Assembly (NCBI GenBank): GCA_964491475.1
Contig: CAZBFO010000002.1
Location: 16,501-80,500 of the forward strand
DNA: 64,000 nt
Origin: an uncultured Gammaproteobacteria bacterium
GTDB taxonomy: Bacteria > Patescibacteriota > Patescibacteriia > SG8-24
Direction of reading: 5' to 3'
The translations under genes were made by a program, and so were the position numbers. Under the pieces are notes generated by a model, which searched no databases, was not told the DNA's origin, and saw nothing but the letters and a program-made list of their open reading frames with translations. The stretch's first letter is position 1. The number at the start of each line of letters is the position of its first letter. Below are positions 47,708-57,838 of this stretch, one piece after another.

Positions 47708-50704
47708 ATGCCTGCCAGCGGGAACGCCAACGCCAACAATAACGCGATCGTCATCAAAGGTGCCCGCGTGCACAACCTCAAGAACATCGACGCCAAGATC
47801 CCCAAAGGGAAGTTCACCGTCATCACCGGCCTTTCCGGCTCCGGAAAGTCCTCGCTCGCTTTCGACACCATCTACGCGGAGGGTCAGCGCCGCTACGTCG
47901 AGTCGCTCTCGTCGTACGCCCGCCAGTTCCTCGAACTTCAGGACAAGCCCGACGTGGACGAGATCCACGGCCTTTCGCCGACCATCGCCATCGAGCAGCG
48001 CACCACTTCTTCCAACCCGCGCTCCACGGTCGGTACCATCACCGAAATTTACGACTACCTGCGCCTGCTGTTCGCCCGCGCCGGCCGACCGCATTGCCCC
48101 AACTGCGGCGACGAAGTCCGTCACGAAAATCCGCACGAGGTCGCCAAGAAGGTCCGCGACATCATCGAGGATTCCGGCGTGGCCATCCTCGCGCCGATGG
48201 TCCGCGACGAAAAGGGCGTCCACAAGCACCTGCTCGAATGGGCAGGGAAGAGCGGCTTCACCGAACTCCGTTTCAACGGCCTGTTTGCGCCGCTCGACGA
48301 GGTGAAGGCGATGCGCCGCGACAAGGAGCAGCGCTCCACAATCGAGATCGTCGTGGGCCGCTACAACCAGCAGGACGATTCCGCCCAGCTCGAGGCCCAG
48401 ATCGCCAAGGCTTTCGACATGGCCGACGGCTTCCTCACCGTTTATCGCGAGGATTCCGGCGACGACCTGACTTTCAGCCAGCGCCTGATGTGCCCCAAGT
48501 GCAACATCCACCTTCCGGAGCTGGAGCCGCGCATCTTCTCTTTCAATTCGCCGCACGGCGCCTGCCCTGCCTGCACCGGCCTCGGCACCAAGCTCGTGGT
48601 CGAGCCGGATTTGGTGATTCCCAACCCGCGCCTCACCCTGGCCCAGGGCGCCATCAAGCCGTGGACCCGCATCGCCGGCAACCAGCAGTGGTACACCAAG
48701 CTGCTCTCCGCCGTCGCCAAGACGCACGGCTTCTCGGTCGACACGCCTATCGAAAAACTGGAAAAGCGCGCGCTGGACATCATTTTGTATGGCACCGGCG
48801 ACGAAACCTACTCGGTCGAAAACCAGCAGGTCCCTTTTGACGGCGTCGTTCCCAACTTGGAAAAGCGCTACAAGGAAACTGATTCTGATTACGTTCAAAA
48901 AGAGATTGAGGGCTACATGAACGTGGTCACTTGCCCTGCCTGCAAAGGCAAGCGCCTGCGCCCCGAAGTCCTCGGCATCACCTTTGGCGGCAAGACCATC
49001 GCCGACACCGTCGGCTTGTCCATCGACGAAGCCTCCAAGTTCTTCTCGATGCTGCTCGATGGCGTGAACAAGAACATCGCTGCTGCCAAGATTGTGGCTG
49101 CGCGCGGTACCAAGGCTGCGCCTGCGAAGGCTGTCGCTGCAAAGTCTGCTGCCGGCACCGCGGCAAAGTCTTCGAAGAAGACTTCGGGCGAAGCTGCACC
49201 CCTCTCCGAGCGCGAGGAAAAAATCGCCGGTCAGGCGTTGCGCGAAGTCACCGTCCGCCTGCAAAACTTGGTCGAGGTCGGTCTTGGCTACCTCACTTTG
49301 GACCGCGCCGGCATCACCTTGTCTGGTGGTGAATTGCAGCGCGTCCGTCTCGCCACCCAGCTCGGCACGGATCTCTCCGGCGTCATCTACATCTTGGACG
49401 AGCCGAGCATCGGTCTGCACCCGCGCGACAACGACAAGCTCATCACCGCGCTCAAGAAGCTGCGCGATCAGGGCAACACGGTGATCGTAGTGGAACATGA
49501 TGAAGCCACCATCGAAGCTGCCGACTACGTCATCGACATGGGTCCTGGTGCCGGCGAGTTCGGCGGTCTCATCATCGCCGAGGGCACGCCTACCGAGCTG
49601 ATGAAGAACAAGAACAGCATCACCGGTCGCTATATGACCGGCAAGGACTTCATTCCCACGCCCGCCAAGTACCGCCGCGGCAACGGCAAGGCGCTGGTGG
49701 TGAAGGGCGCCACCGAGTTCAACCTCAAGAACGTCACCGCGCGCTTCCCGCTCGGCATGCTGGTGTGCGTCACCGGCGTCTCCGGTTCCGGCAAGTCGAC
49801 GCTGGTGATCGACATCCTTTCCAAGGCGCTGGCCAAGAAGTTCTACCGCGCCAAGGACAACCCCGGCGCCCACAAGGAAATCAAGGGCATGAACGACATC
49901 GACAAGGTCATCTCCATCGATCAGACCGCCATCGGCCGCACCCCGCGCTCCAACCCCGCCACCTACACGGGCGTCTTCACGGCGATTCGTGATTTGTTTA
50001 CGGAAGTCCCCGAGGCAAAGATGAAGGGTTACGACGCCGGCAAGTTCTCCTTCAACGTGAAAGGCGGCGGCCGCTGCGAAGCTTGCGCCGGCGAAGGCAT
50101 GGTCCGCATCGAAATGCAGTTCCTCCCCGACGTCTACATCGAATGCACCGAATGCCGCGGCAAGCGCTACAACACCGAGGCGCTGGAGATTCACTACAAA
50201 GACAAGACCATCGCTGACGTCTTGGAGATGTCCGTCGAGGAATCCGCTACTTTCTTTGCCGATCAGCCGTTGATTCACGAGAAGCTCGCGGTTTTGAAGG
50301 ACGTCGGTCTGGGCTACCTGAAGCTCGGCCAATCCGCCACGACCCTGTCCGGCGGTGAAGCCCAGCGCGTGAAGCTGGCCACCGAATTGTCACGCCGCGC
50401 CACCGGCCGTACCCTGTACATCTTGGACGAGCCCACCACCGGCCTGCACTTCGACGACATCAAGCGTTTGCTTGGCGTATTGAATCAGTTGGTGGAGAAG
50501 GGGAATACGGTGCTCGTGATCGAGCACAACCTGGACGTCATCAAGTCATCGGACTGGATCGTTGACATGGGCCCCGAAGGCGGCGCTGGGGGAGGTATGG
50601 TTGTTGCGGAAGGCACTCCCAAGGATGTGCTGAAGGCCAAGAACTCTCGCACCGCTGATTACCTGAAGAAGACGATGAAGAATGCGGTGATGGCTAAGGC
50701 GTAA
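47708..50704 (+). CDS. uvrA: Excinuclease ABC subunit A
   Basis: [32 protein letters not shown], zinc fingers and two ABC signatures. Confidence 0.97.
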   Translation: MPASGNANANNNAIVIKGARVHNLKNIDAKIPKGKFTVITGLSGSGKSSLAFDTIYAEGQRRYVESLSSYARQFLELQDKPDVDEIHGLSPTIAIEQRTTSSNPRSTVGTITEIYDYLRLLFARAGRPHCPNCGDEVRHENPHEVAKKVRDIIEDSGVAILAPMVRDEKGVHKHLLEWAGKSGFTELRFNGLFAPLDEVKAMRRDKEQRSTIEIVVGRYNQQDDSAQLEAQIAKAFDMADGFLTVYREDSGDDLTFSQRLMCPKCNIHLPELEPRIFSFNSPHGACPACTGLGTKLVVEPDLVIPNPRLTLAQGAIKPWTRIAGNQQWYTKLLSAVAKTHGFSVDTPIEKLEKRALDIILYGTGDETYSVENQQVPFDGVVPNLEKRYKETDSDYVQKEIEGYMNVVTCPACKGKRLRPEVLGITFGGKTIADTVGLSIDEASKFFSMLLDGVNKNIAAAKIVAARGTKAAPAKAVAAKSAAGTAAKSSKKTSGEAAPLSEREEKIAGQALREVTVRLQNLVEVGLGYLTLDRAGITLSGGELQRVRLATQLGTDLSGVIYILDEPSIGLHPRDNDKLITALKKLRDQGNTVIVVEHDEATIEAADYVIDMGPGAGEFGGLIIAEGTPTELMKNKNSITGRYMTGKDFIPTPAKYRRGNGKALVVKGATEFNLKNVTARFPLGMLVCVTGVSGSGKSTLVIDILSKALAKKFYRAKDNPGAHKEIKGMNDIDKVISIDQTAIGRTPRSNPATYTGVFTAIRDLFTEVPEAKMKGYDAGKFSFNVKGGGRCEACAGEGMVRIEMQFLPDVYIECTECRGKRYNTEALEIHYKDKTIADVLEMSVEESATFFADQPLIHEKLAVLKDVGLGYLKLGQSATTLSGGEAQRVKLATELSRRATGRTLYILDEPTTGLHFDDIKRLLGVLNQLVEKGNTVLVIEHNLDVIKSSDWIVDMGPEGGAGGGMVVAEGTPKDVLKAKNSRTADYLKKTMKNAVMAKA

Positions 50705-50747
50705 GGTTCGTGAAAAGCAGGCAAAAATGCCTGTTTTTTTCAAGGGC

Positions 50748-50776
50748 TTGACATATAAGTGTATTACTTATACTAT
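50748..50776 (+). promoter_or_regulatory. Promoter with palindromic operator in the spacer
   Basis: TTGACA-17 nt-TACTAT; TATAAGT-gtatt-ACTTATA palindrome at 50754-50772. Confidence 0.7.
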
Positions 50777-50790
50777 GACTTCATAACCGG

Positions 50791-51180
50791 TTGAACTTGC
50801 ATATGTACGCTTATAACGGGAAACACGGAAGCTTGTTGGACGAGCTTGGCATGGTGGAGGGAAGCCATCGGCACGCGATCTTTAAAAAGATTGCCTTGCT
50901 GGAGGGCAAGCCGATCGATTTGGTTAAGGATATGGGGTTTATCGGAGGACCCTTTTATCACAAGTCACCAGCCTTCATATACGGCATCCGCGTTCATGCA
51001 CCACAACGTATGCAATACCGTATTCCGTTTGCCCTGTTTCAGGGGAGCTACATGCTGCTCACCTGGAATGGCCGCGACAATCTGGATTTTGATAAGCTCA
51101 CTATGCAAGCATTAGAACGTTATTACGAGGTTTACAATGACCCCCAGAAATATGAAAAATTCGAACCGCTCCCTGCTTGA
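50791..51180 (+). CDS. Putative RelE/ParE-superfamily (HigB/Gp49-like) toxin
   Basis: Size, IYGIRV...QYRIPFALF...LL pattern, and position upstream of an HTH gene. Confidence 0.5.
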   Translation: MNLHMYAYNGKHGSLLDELGMVEGSHRHAIFKKIALLEGKPIDLVKDMGFIGGPFYHKSPAFIYGIRVHAPQRMQYRIPFALFQGSYMLLTWNGRDNLDFDKLTMQALERYYEVYNDPQKYEKFEPLPA

Positions 51181-51553
51181 TCGCTGGTTTTCAAACGATG
51201 AAGATCGTCTGCTGGCACTTGAAAATGCCTACGACGTGCAAATCGCGCACAGCATCAGTATGGCCCGTCACCATCGAAAAATGACCCAACACGATTTGGC
51301 AACGGAGCTTGGGGTCAGCCAGTCTTATGTGGCGCAACTTGAGAGCGCTGCCGTGCTTCCAAGCCACAAAAAACTGAAATTTCTGGCGAGAATATTTAAG
51401 GCTAAACTGGCGCCACCGAGGATTGTGATTGAACAGGCGGAACTAATTCCGAAGACGGGCGCCGGCTACGTTCAGAAGGTCAGCCTCGAACAGCTCATCG
51501 GTAATCCAATTACAGTAAGGTATTCAGCTAATAGCGCTATCTATGGTAACTAA
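51137..51553 (+). CDS. Xre/HigA-like HTH antitoxin with C-terminal extension
   Basis: ARHHRKMTQHDLATELGVSQSYVAQLES Cro/C1 HTH. Confidence 0.8.
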   Translation: MTPRNMKNSNRSLLDRWFSNDEDRLLALENAYDVQIAHSISMARHHRKMTQHDLATELGVSQSYVAQLESAAVLPSHKKLKFLARIFKAKLAPPRIVIEQAELIPKTGAGYVQKVSLEQLIGNPITVRYSANSAIYGN

Positions 51554-51998
51554 GAAAAAAATCAGATTGTATTGGTCCGTTTTGTGCAGGAAGGTTGTCA
51601 TCGACAAAGAAACTAATAATTTAATATTGGGTGAGGTAATTGAGGAGATACAATACGAGTTGGCAAAGGCAGGAAAGCAGGAGGTAGAAGTTCAACTTAA
51701 AAAAAATGGATATATTGGACTTCCTGCTGAAGCGTGCCTCGTCAGTTATTTGGAATACGACGCTAATTCTGAGGGGCAATTAAAAGTTGAGTTTTTGTCT
51801 CCGGACGGAAAGTCGTTGCTCACGGATGAAATCAAAGTCCAATTTTCCGCGAATGGGCGTGGCAGGAGTATCCATCTTCTGCCAGCCTTGAGAGTAAGTG
51901 GCCCTGGACGACATCTTGTGAGGGTATTCGACGCAAGCGGTAGCGAGGCCATTCAATTGGCGGAGTTACCCCTGTTTGTCTCGTTGAATTATGTGTAA
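51543..51998 (+). CDS. Hypothetical beta-rich protein (DUF6941-like)
   Basis: SVLCRKVVIDKETNNLIL N-terminus; overlaps the antitoxin end; low GC. Confidence 0.6.
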   Translation: MVTKKKIRLYWSVLCRKVVIDKETNNLILGEVIEEIQYELAKAGKQEVEVQLKKNGYIGLPAEACLVSYLEYDANSEGQLKVEFLSPDGKSLLTDEIKVQFSANGRGRSIHLLPALRVSGPGRHLVRVFDASGSEAIQLAELPLFVSLNYV

Positions 51999-52125
51999 GA
52001 GAAGTAAATTTCTTGCGGGAAACTATCGCATCAGACTGGTTAATCAGGGGGGAGTTACAAGCTGTTGGCATTTAAAAGAAGCCCTGCAAAATTGCAGGGC
52101 TTTTTCGTGGCCGAATCGCCATCAC

Positions 52126-52323
52126 TCAATCAAGATCGAACCGCTGATCCTTGGAAATTATCGCCCCAAGCTCGAGAAGTTCGAGGAAGGCGGATCCTTC
52201 GGTCAGCTCGGCGGCGATGAGCAAGCGAGCTTTGTTCATGAGGAAGTGCCCATGCCACTTGGGAAGCAGTGTGAGGATGTGAAGGTATGTCGCCTCGCTC
52301 GGGGCTTTAATTTTGCAGCGCAT
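52126..52323 (-). CDS. Small hypothetical protein
   Basis: AAGGAG upstream of ATG 52323; lies between two terminator-like hairpins. Confidence 0.35.
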   Translation of the reverse strand: MRCKIKAPSEATYLHILTLLPKWHGHFLMNKARLLIAAELTEGSAFLELLELGAIISKDQRFDLD

Positions 52324-52452
52324 CTCGTCTCCTTGAGAGAACGAGCGTATCACGACTAAAACCCGCGTGGCAAGGAGCCGGAAACGGCTTGCTTCGACAA
52401 AAAAACCGCCCCCCGATTGGGGAGCGGCACGGAGGTGGTGGCCGATTCATCA

Positions 52453-53571
52453 TCAGCCCGTCATCGCCTCCGCAGGCATCGACTGCATCAGGCTCTCCAG
52501 CATGATGCGCCGCAGGTACTCCGCGAGCGCCTTGATGTCGTTCACCCCATGCCGTTCCGCGTCGAGGCCGATGAGGTGGTGTTCCACCCCGTTGACCTCG
52601 GCGACGTAGGGCGAGAAGAAGTGCTCGCGGAGCGTCGGGATGGCCGCGACCAGCGTGACGGGGTCGTAGAGATTGAAAGTCTCTACGATGTCCCATATGG
52701 AGTCGCCTGCCGTTCGTCCGGCACCCTTGCCTCCGCAGAAGGTGTTGCGGAACCAGTCGGCGTTGCAGCGTTCGGGCAGGCCCATGCGCTCGGGGGCGCC
52801 GGCGGGCATGCAGGCTCGCTTCCACAGATGCTCGATGGCCAGCATCTGCGCGTCGCGCAAACGCTTGCCGATGACGTGGCCGGTGTCGGCCATGTCGTCA
52901 TACACCGAGCGGGGGACCTTGGCGGCCACTGCGGGATGCCTGCTGACGACGGTCATCGGAATACCGAGCATCTGCAGGCCGCGGTACAGGAACTTGGTGG
53001 CGTCGAGGTCGAAGGTGTGATTCTGGGCGGTCAGGTCCGGCAGAAAGTACCCGTTCTCGTCGAGCACCGGCCTGTGGTCCTTGGCCTGCACGCCGCCCAT
53101 GATGACGACTCGCCGCACCTTTTCGGTGAACAACTCGTGATCATGCGCCAGCGCGTTGGCCGCGTCAGTGAGTCCGCTGATGAGCAGCAGCACCACGCCT
53201 TTCGGCCGCGCCTCGCGCAGCGCGCGCTCGATCAGGTTCTTGCCGTGTTCGAACGTGCGCTGTTCCGCGAGGTAGGTGACGGCGAACTGATACTTCAGCC
53301 CGTCGTCTTCCGGCTGCAGGCAGTTGGAGCCGATGCCGACCGGAATGTCGGCCATGCCGAGCGCGTCCATCGTCCCCTTGGCCAGCTGCGCGCGTTTCGC
53401 GGCAGGCGCCAGGTTGGCGACGGTGCCGAGCATGTCCAGGATGCCCAGCCGCACGAAGCGGTTGAGCATCACCAGCACGTCCTCGTCGTCTTGGTCGCGC
53501 CCGGGGTCGGTGATGACGAACAGGCTGCGGAAGAGCGGGACGATGTCCGCCCAGTTCTTGCCGGAGCTCAT
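52453..53571 (-). CDS. Nucleoside-hydrolase-fold protein (HopQ1/XopQ-like)
   Basis: ITDPGRDQDDE acidic motif, ISGLTD, VVIMGG, NHTFD and NLYDPVTL. Confidence 0.75.
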   Translation of the reverse strand: MSSGKNWADIVPLFRSLFVITDPGRDQDDEDVLVMLNRFVRLGILDMLGTVANLAPAAKRAQLAKGTMDALGMADIPVGIGSNCLQPEDDGLKYQFAVTYLAEQRTFEHGKNLIERALREARPKGVVLLLISGLTDAANALAHDHELFTEKVRRVVIMGGVQAKDHRPVLDENGYFLPDLTAQNHTFDLDATKFLYRGLQMLGIPMTVVSRHPAVAAKVPRSVYDDMADTGHVIGKRLRDAQMLAIEHLWKRACMPAGAPERMGLPERCNADWFRNTFCGGKGAGRTAGDSIWDIVETFNLYDPVTLVAAIPTLREHFFSPYVAEVNGVEHHLIGLDAERHGVNDIKALAEYLRRIMLESLMQSMPAEAMTG

Positions 53572-54143
53572 TGCTCTTCTCCCAGCATGACCAGCCGCAG
53601 GTGCTGCGCCAGCGTGAAGGTGCGCAGGCACTCGTGCAGGCCAGGGTGGTTGCCGTTGATGAAGTCGGAGGCATCGACCCAGACGCGGGTGATGCTTTCG
53701 CCTTCCTCGGCGACTCCGTAGCCCTCGTCGCCCTCGGTGACTTGGGCGGCGAAGATCTCGGCGTATGCCAGGTAGCAGCGCTCCGTCAGGATGCCGGCGG
53801 ACAAGGCCATCGGCTTTCCCTTGTTGAGCAGCACCACGTCTTCCTCTCGTAGCGTGACGCCTGCTTCTTCTTTGGCCTCCTTGACCAGCAACGCCTTGGG
53901 TCCGAGGTTCACGTCGAACCGTCCGGCCACCAGCTCGGTGATGGCGCCGGACGGGTTGTCTTCGCGCTCCATCGGCACGCGCTTCTGACGGATCAGCAGC
54001 ACGCGATGGTTGTTGCGGTCGTAGAGCAATCCGGCGACGGAATCGCTGGAACGCACCGCGAGGATGGGGAACGGAACCCCCTCCACTTGGTGGCTTTCCA
54101 GGCTGATGAAGCCTTTGTAAAGGATCTTCGGATCTTTCGGCAT
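53568..54143 (-). CDS. Nudix hydrolase (NudF/NudK-like, degenerate box)
   Basis: VLLIRQKR, ELVAG...KEAKEEAG, SAGILTE, EEGESI; ATGA overlap with the next gene. Confidence 0.8.
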   Translation of the reverse strand: MPKDPKILYKGFISLESHQVEGVPFPILAVRSSDSVAGLLYDRNNHRVLLIRQKRVPMEREDNPSGAITELVAGRFDVNLGPKALLVKEAKEEAGVTLREEDVVLLNKGKPMALSAGILTERCYLAYAEIFAAQVTEGDEGYGVAEEGESITRVWVDASDFINGNHPGLHECLRTFTLAQHLRLVMLGEEQ

Positions 54144-54302
54144 TGTGCCTACTCCTTTTCGTTTTTCTCACGTTGCGAGCCCGCACCATTGAGGCGTGAC
54201 GCAACGTGGCAAAATAGCAGAGATTGCCGTCATGGTCAAGGCAGAGGCGGGCGGAAATATAAGGAAAAACCGCCAGTTTTTAGCGGTTTTTCCTTGCTCA
54301 AT

Positions 54303-55481
54303 TTACTCCCGAATGATGTCTCCCGTATCAACCGCCTCGAAGGCGCTCCCCGGAACGCCCTTCAACTGGTTCAGCTCGTCGTCATTCCACCGTGTGTCCG
54401 TGGCACCCTGGAAGTACCACGACGAACCGTTGTCGGCCAGGATCATGCCATACTTCTTCATGGCAACGGCGATGATGCGTGCCTGGCCGGTGAGGCCGGA
54501 GATGTCGTAGTCGGCCTTCATGCGGACGCGCAGGCCCATGGGGGGATTGGTGGTGCCGCTCAAACCGGCTTGGTGCGTGGCGGGAAGGATGTAGCCCTGC
54601 TGCGTGTGTCGCGCAGTGAAGCGAATGGCGTGGGTGATTTCGCCCGCTGCGACTTCGTCGGCGCGGATGAGGCCGGCGAGGATTGGCAGGCCGGCCGCAT
54701 CAGCCGAGGTCCAGCCAAAAGGACGAAGCGCGCCGGTCTTCAAGTTCCAGACGGCGCCGGAATCAGCCGACCAGCCGGCGCCGGAGTTCTTGTGCGCGTT
54801 GTACATCTCGTACAGTTTGCAGGCGCCGGAATCGAGCACCAGCACGTGCGAGTCGCTTGGAGCTTCGACCTTGGCGTTGTCGGGAATCGGGTACGGACCC
54901 GGGTCGCTCTCGTCGCCGTACGCGGTGAAGGTGATGGGCACCTTCGGCTGCGAGCCGGGGACGACGTTGTAGGGGATGCCGTAGGTCTGATCCTCGCCGA
55001 AGTCGGGGTGCAGGTGCGTCGATGCGCCGATGGCGTTGATGAAAGTGTCCGAGTCGGCACGGACGGGGAGCGCGGAGACGTCTTGGTTCCAGGCGTTGTC
55101 GGCGGGGAAGATGTCGCAGCCGGCGATTACTGTGCCTTTGCCGGCGGGGATTTTCGAAGTCGTCGAAGCATTCGATGTGCTCGTTGAGCTATTCGTCATC
55201 GTCTCGCCGGTTTCGGGATCAATACCGACATTGCCCTCCGGAATCTGGCTCAAGTCCGAATTTTTGATACCAAGCGCCAGTTTTTTGAAGATTTCCAATG
55301 CGGTGGCCGTAGTGATGCGGTAGCGCTTGCCGTCGGTGTGCACGAAGTACGTCTTTCCCTTGTCTTCTACGGCCAAGAGGATTCTGCCGGTCAGGCGTTG
55401 GGCAATTGAAGTGGCGGCGGCTGCGGTGACGGCCATTCCGAGGAATGCGCCGATGCACAGGCCGAAGGCGAATTTTTTCAT
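54303..55481 (-). CDS. Secreted hypothetical protein
   Basis: Signal peptide, GRILLAVEDKG module, Ser/Thr linker, FPADNAWNQDVS...KYGMILADNG domain. Confidence 0.8.
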   Translation of the reverse strand: MKKFAFGLCIGAFLGMAVTAAAATSIAQRLTGRILLAVEDKGKTYFVHTDGKRYRITTATALEIFKKLALGIKNSDLSQIPEGNVGIDPETGETMTNSSTSTSNASTTSKIPAGKGTVIAGCDIFPADNAWNQDVSALPVRADSDTFINAIGASTHLHPDFGEDQTYGIPYNVVPGSQPKVPITFTAYGDESDPGPYPIPDNAKVEAPSDSHVLVLDSGACKLYEMYNAHKNSGAGWSADSGAVWNLKTGALRPFGWTSADAAGLPILAGLIRADEVAAGEITHAIRFTARHTQQGYILPATHQAGLSGTTNPPMGLRVRMKADYDISGLTGQARIIAVAMKKYGMILADNGSSWYFQGATDTRWNDDELNQLKGVPGSAFEAVDTGDIIRE

Positions 55482-55654
55482 ACGCGCTCTGTAAGTTGGT
55501 CAGATTGCAGTCACTATACCACTATGGACGTTTACGCGGGCAATCGGTTGCGACCGTTGACTTTGCGCCGTTTTTATGGTATTTTACCGACCGTTCGCAC
55601 GCATAGGTACGCGTACGTATTCATGTGACGGACTCAAGGAGAAAAGGGGAAAAC

Positions 55655-56053
55655 ATGAAAAGCACATTCGATTTGAGCCCGGCCATCGATGCGTTGGCCA
55701 TGCTCTGCACCCACCACGGATTCGACGCGACTGCCACCCTGCAGAAGTTGGCCTCTCGCAAACGGACGTTCTTTTTCAGGATAAGGACGAAGATGAAGTG
55801 CCGCAGCGTCACCCGGCTGGGGGAAGACGAGGTGCGTCATCTCGGCATCTTCGCGCCGGCGTACAGCCTGTGCGTCGGCGGCTACAGCGATCTGATCTTC
55901 TTCATCGGCACCTACCGCGACGGAGACGGCAAGACGATCAGCTACGTGAGCGTCACGACACGGCAGGTCTTGGAGCGTCGGATCGACGACGGCGATTGGT
56001 CATCTGAAGATGACGAAGACGCGACCGAGAGCGACGAGGATAACCTGATGTAG
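55655..56053 (+). CDS. Hypothetical protein with acidic tail
   Basis: Upstream TTGACT...TATTTT promoter, purine-rich RBS and downstream terminator. Confidence 0.6.
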   Translation: MKSTFDLSPAIDALAMLCTHHGFDATATLQKLASRKRTFFFRIRTKMKCRSVTRLGEDEVRHLGIFAPAYSLCVGGYSDLIFFIGTYRDGDGKTISYVSVTTRQVLERRIDDGDWSSEDDEDATESDEDNLM

Positions 56054-56146
56054 GCGATAACGGCACGTTTTTGAGGGGTCATCGCGACCCTTCTTTTTAT
56101 TCCTGCAATTAAGAAAAGGCTCCCTCGCGGGGAGCCTGGTCGTCGC

Positions 56147-56935
56147 TTACTTCGTCATTATTCCGTACACCCGCGCCGCATTCCCGCCCATCACCAGCTC
56201 GGTTTTTACGCTGGCTCCGCGGAGCGCTTCCTCCGTTGCCCAGACGTACGGCGCCTGATTGGCGATGGGCCAGTCGGTGCCGAAGAGCAGCTTTTCCGGG
56301 TTCTCCACGTACTCCAGGAACTGCCGCACGTTGGCGATGTACTTTTTGCGCGTGCTCCGCTCGAAGTCGCCGCAGATGAGGCCCGAACAGTCGGCGTAGA
56401 CGTTAGGGTTCTTGTAGCAGACCTCGGCACCATCGGTAAGCCAGGGGTTTCCCATGTGCGCCATGACGATGGTCAGCTTGGGCATGTCCACGGCCAGCTC
56501 GTCGAGGCCCAGCGGATGGGCGTACTTGAGCTTGGCACCGCCGACCTTGCCGTAGCAATCTCCCGTATGGAAGATGGCAGGCACGCCGTACTGGGCGAGC
56601 AGCTCCAGGTACGGGCGCACCACTGCGTCGGTGGGGTAGAAGTGCTCGTAGCCGAGGTAGAACTTCACGGCCGCGAGCTTCTTTTCGCGGAGCATCTCCT
56701 CTAGCGTCGTGGCGGTCTCCTGCAGCTCTTCGAGAGGGGAGATGACGCCGACGGGGAGCAGCCGGTCGCGGTGCGGAGCGATTTCGTCGAGCAGCGTCTG
56801 GGTGGGACAGGCGTTCACGTGGCCGGCAAAGACCAGCGATGTGGTCACACCGGACTCGTCCATGGACTGAATCAAATCGGCCGGACCGGCGACGATAATC
56901 TTGTGTCCAATGTGGGTGTGCGCGTCGATGATCAT
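56147..56935 (-). CDS. Amidohydrolase-family metalloenzyme
   Basis: IDAHTH, FHTG, AHMGNPW and LFGTDWP motifs. Confidence 0.9.
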   Translation of the reverse strand: MIIDAHTHIGHKIIVAGPADLIQSMDESGVTTSLVFAGHVNACPTQTLLDEIAPHRDRLLPVGVISPLEELQETATTLEEMLREKKLAAVKFYLGYEHFYPTDAVVRPYLELLAQYGVPAIFHTGDCYGKVGGAKLKYAHPLGLDELAVDMPKLTIVMAHMGNPWLTDGAEVCYKNPNVYADCSGLICGDFERSTRKKYIANVRQFLEYVENPEKLLFGTDWPIANQAPYVWATEEALRGASVKTELVMGGNAARVYGIMTK

Positions 56936-57068
56936 CACTTCCTCCAATCGTGCAAGCATTGCACGTTCAGGAGTCTGCGCTGATGCGACTGAGGCGTCAA
57001 TAGTTTTGCCTACGTCGCTAAAATAAAAAGGCCCGTCAAGATCGGGCCTCAATTCGATCGCCAGTCGT

Positions 57069-57584
57069 TCAGCAAGGACAGCAGAATTCTTCGATGAAAC
57101 TCCGTTCCGTCATGAGTAAGGCTCCCGGCCTTTCCTTCAGGTCTACTTCATGCTCACGAAGTATTCTCAACCTGTCTTTCAGCGTTTCGCTCGTGAAAGT
57201 GAAGATGGACGGATGTTCGGCGGCCTGCCAGTCCAGCTGGCGTATGATGCCAAAGATGATGGCCACTTCCTCCTTTTGCTTGCCCAGGATCTGCGGGTAA
57301 CGCAGAAGCAGTTCAATCACTCCCGACGAAGTTTGCTGTAGCCTCAAGAGATACTCTAATTTTTCCGCGGCAGTCCCCACCTTATAGCTGAGGATCCTCG
57401 GGTAGCTCACCGTCAGAGTTATGATCTGTGCTCTGGTGAAGCCGAACGATTCAAGTTGTCCGAGTACGGCCTCTGCTTCTGCCGGTCGAGCGCTGAAAAT
57501 GCGCTCGGATTTTGCCCAATGCTGTATCTGCGCATCGCTGAAGCCCCAGCGTCTGAGTCGATCTTCCAAACTGGTACACGACAT
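57069..57584 (-). CDS. mTERF-like helical repeat protein
   Basis: Repeats LESFGFTRAQIITLTVSYPRILSY, KLEYL...LLLRYPQILG, HPSIFTF, ERPGAL; AGGAG RBS. Confidence 0.55.
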   Translation of the reverse strand: MSCTSLEDRLRRWGFSDAQIQHWAKSERIFSARPAEAEAVLGQLESFGFTRAQIITLTVSYPRILSYKVGTAAEKLEYLLRLQQTSSGVIELLLRYPQILGKQKEEVAIIFGIIRQLDWQAAEHPSIFTFTSETLKDRLRILREHEVDLKERPGALLMTERSFIEEFCCPC

Positions 57585-57838
57585 CCTGTTTCTCCTGGTC
57601 GTCCGCAGGTCAATGCGAAGGCTGCGGTCGACAGGAGAAGATATCAGCAATTCGTCATTTGGTCAACGGCTGGAGGGTGGTGCTAGAGGAGTGGCCTATT
57701 GGCCCATTTTTTAAGCCAAAAACTGAATAATGGCTCAATATAGCCAAATAATACTAACGCCATGAGCCAGTCACCATTGACAAAAAGCCCATTTCGTGAT
57801 ACGAATAACGGTTCGACTTATTGTCCAGAACACCCCTT

